DNA from: Laetmonice hystrix
Taxonomy: Eukaryota
Direction: 5' to 3'
DNA length: 64,000 bases
Assembly: GCA_965235115.1 (NCBI GenBank)
Contig: OZ249444.1
Span: forward strand, 6,200,001 to 6,264,000
Part shown: piece by piece, positions 61,330 through 64,000 of the stretch
How positions within the stretch are numbered: position 1 is the stretch's first letter
How the letters are laid out: each line of letters starts with the position of its first letter
The notes under the pieces: model-generated
Databases searched by the model: none
Seen by the model: only the letters and a program-made list of their open reading frames with translations
Told to the model about the DNA's origin: nothing
Program-made: the position numbers and the translations under genes

Positions 61330-62798
61330 AGTTTACCAATGAGATTGGTTATGTGTTATGTGGTTTATATGACAATGTGAGAATCTTCCCCTCCTGACCG
61401 GTTGTGTTTTCCTACAGTACAGAGATTGGTTACGTGTTATGTGGTTGATATGAGAATTACTAACAGTGTCCCCCCCCCCCCCCCCCGATCGGTTGTCTTT
61501 TCCTACAGTACAGATTGATATTACCAATGAGATTGGTTATGTGTTACATGTGACAATTACTAACAGTGTCCCCCTGACCGGTTGTGTTTTCCTACAGTAA
61601 AGTATGATATGAGAATTACTAACAGTGTCCCCCTGACCGGTTGTGTTTTCCTACAGTAAAGTATGATATGAGAATTACTAACAGTGTCCCCCCTGACCGG
61701 TTGTGTTTTCCTACAGTAAAGTATGATATGAGAATTACTAACAGTGTCCCCCTGACCGGTTGTGTTTTCCTACAGTACAGATTGATATTACCAATGAGAT
61801 TGGTTATGTGTTAGATGTGACAATTACTAACAGTGTCCCCCCTGACCGGTTGTGTTTTCCTACAGTACAGATTGATATTACCAATGAGATTGGTTATGTG
61901 TTAGATGTGACAATTACTAACAGTGTCCCCCCTGACCGGTTGTGTTTTCCTACAGTAAAGTATGATATGAGAATTACTAACAGTGTCCCCCTGACCGGTT
62001 GTGTTTTCCTACAGTACAGATTGATATTACCAATGAGATTGGTTATGTGTTAGATGTGACAATTACTAACAGTGTCCCCCCTGACCGGTTGTGTTTTCCT
62101 ACAGTACAGATTGATATTACCAATGAGATTGGTTATGTGTTAGATGTGACAATTACTAACAGTGTCCCCCTGACCGGTTGTGTTTTCCTACAGTAAAGTA
62201 TGATATGAGAATTACTAACAGTGCCCCCCCTGACCGGTTGTGTTTTCCTACAGTACAGATTGATATTACCAATGAGATTGGTTATGTGTCAGATGTGACA
62301 ATTACTAACAGTGTCCCCCCTGACCGGTTGTGTTTTCCTACAGTAAAGTATGATATGAGAATTACTAACAGTGTCCCCCCTGACCGGTTGTGTTTTCCTA
62401 CAGTAAAGTATGATATGAGAATTACTAACAGTGTCCCCCCTGACCGGTTGTGTTTTCCTACAGTAAAGTATGATATGAGAATTACTAACAGTGTCCCCCT
62501 GACCGGCTGTGTTTTCCTACAGTACAGATTGATATTACCAATGAGATTGGTTATGTGTTAGATGTGACAATTACTAACAGTGTCCCCCTGACCGGTTGTG
62601 TTTTCCTACAGTAAAGTATGATATGAGAATTACTAACAGTGTCCCCTCTGACCGGTTGTGTTTTCCTACAGTAAAGTATGATATGAGAATTACTTACAGT
62701 GTCCCCCCTGACCGGTTGTGTTTTCCTACAGTAAAGTATGATATGAGAATTACTAACAGTGTCCCCCCTGACCGGTTGTGTTTTCCTACAGTAAAGTA
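61330..62798 (+). repeat. Minisatellite of 60/61-bp and about 90-bp units, each holding the GK-exon 3' splice site
   Basis: 20 hand-counted copies of ctgaccggttgtgttttcctacagta; the last one is the real acceptor. Confidence 0.95.
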
Positions 62799-62893
62799 CA
62801 CACGCCCAGTCATCATCCTCGGACCACTCAAGGACCGCATAAATGACGACCTCATCTCGGAGTTCCCGGACAAGTTCGGCAGCTGTGTTCCAC
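62792..62893 (+). CDS. dlg1: dlg exon, GK start [34 protein letters not shown]
   Basis: ttttcctacag|TA...CCA C|gtaagt, 102 nt, phase 1 to 1. Confidence 0.96.
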
Positions 62894-64000
62894 GTAAGTA
62901 CCAACGGGAGGGCCGGAACGTTTAAAATTAAAAGTAAAAAAAGGATCTGGAATAGATATGGGGTGATAGATAAATTGAAAGTCGGCCCGGAATGACCTGC
63001 GTTTTTTGTTCATGAAAGGTTGTCATGATTTAAGACGACTTCCATCCTGATTCAAACTGGAATCACATAATTGAAAATCATAAATGTTAGCACAGTCCAA
63101 GAAAATCATTCCTTCTTACACAGCCTGGCGTGTTTGTCAACATTGAGCTAATATTACCCCCCAGAAAGAAGAATGGTTTAAATCTCTGTGTGACAAGTAT
63201 ACTTCTTTTCATCTCATTTTGTTGATTTCTTGTTTCTAGGCAAAAATCTGTCAGATAGTTATCCCAGGGGTAAACAAAAACAAAACAATGTTTTTTTTTT
63301 TGGCTGAAATTTGCTTCTGTTCCTTGGTTTTTAGCATTATAATTTACTTCCCCTTTGAATGATACTGGTTACTTGTTATAGAGGCTGGTACAAAGGAATG
63401 CATTTGGATTGAGTTACTAATTTTATTTTCATTTCTACAGTTCCTTTTCTGAATGACAAATGTATTTGAGAGCACAAAGGTTAAATTAAGACATTTTAGT
63501 TATCTTAGTAATTTACTTAATTAGACATTACAGCCCTTTAATCTTGTTTCTCTATATTTATTGATAATTGATCCTACTTTTGCCGAGTTGCTGTATTTTG
63601 AAGGTTGCCTTCAGATGTGACATTCCCACTCCTCACTGCCTATAATCTCGGAGCACATTCAATGTTCGGGCTGCACACCTTTAATAACACAAATTTATCG
63701 AAGTGCTTAACATGGCGCTTTAAATTTCTCGCCTTGGTTCTATTCCTGGAAATAAACCTTTAGAAAAATCTTTTTTATTAGGTTAATTTTGGAATTTAAT
63801 CTCTTGAGCATTGTTTCTTCGTTCTGCTCTGGTGCTGCTGTGTTGAGTTGACATTTTTGGCCTCAGTAACCCAGCTAGAAAGTGAAACTGATAGGAAGAC
63901 TAAATGGAATGTTAGATGTTGAGGTAGGACAAAGACAATATTGATAGGTTAGATTTGGCAGAAACATGAGAAAGTGCTGTATGTTGGGCCAGAATGTGTC

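Larger units (their letters stand above)
37009..62893 (+). other. dlg1: Discs large (DLG1-like MAGUK) gene, partial: PDZ3-SH3-HOOK-start of GK
   Basis: Eight exons join in frame with GT-AG boundaries and give [27 protein letters not shown]..., [15 protein letters not shown]...DDEWWQA and [32 protein letters not shown], which I recognise as DLG1/PSD-95 family sequence. Confidence 0.96.

Noticed and set aside
63240-64000. AT-rich tail inspected for the next GK exon (HTTRP...)
   Set aside because: No matching peptide found; treated as intron.

Overview
Animal (bilaterian invertebrate-like, intron-rich, minisatellite-rich) genomic DNA holding the middle part of a Discs large (DLG1/PSD-95 family MAGUK) gene on the + strand. 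Hand-spliced exons with GT-AG ends and consistent phases encode PDZ3 (37009-37165, 52821-52923), the PDZ3-SH3 linker (54311-54413), SH3 (54758-54934), the HOOK region (55266-55350, 55751-55859, 60990-61037) and the start of the guanylate-kinase-like domain (62792-62893). PDZ1/PDZ2 and the rest of GK were not found and presumably lie outside the window. The first 37 kb holds several ORFs that all end in a phase-2 AG|GT donor compatible with PDZ3 (candidate alternative first exons), including one 3-kb exon of 1004 low-complexity codons. Most unusual points: a diverged 51-nt in-frame duplicate of the PDZ3 alpha3-helix exon; a chain of frame-preserving HOOK microexons (27/15/12, 6, 21, 6, 39 nt) with two identical TGGAGG 6-mers; and a minisatellite built from 20 copies of the GK-exon 3' splice site. 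Also present: an 800-bp internally deleted PIF/Harbinger transposon, several palindromic MITEs and about 15 tandem-repeat arrays. No rRNA, tRNA or CRISPR was recognised. All splice models are manual inferences without transcript evidence, and the species was not identified.
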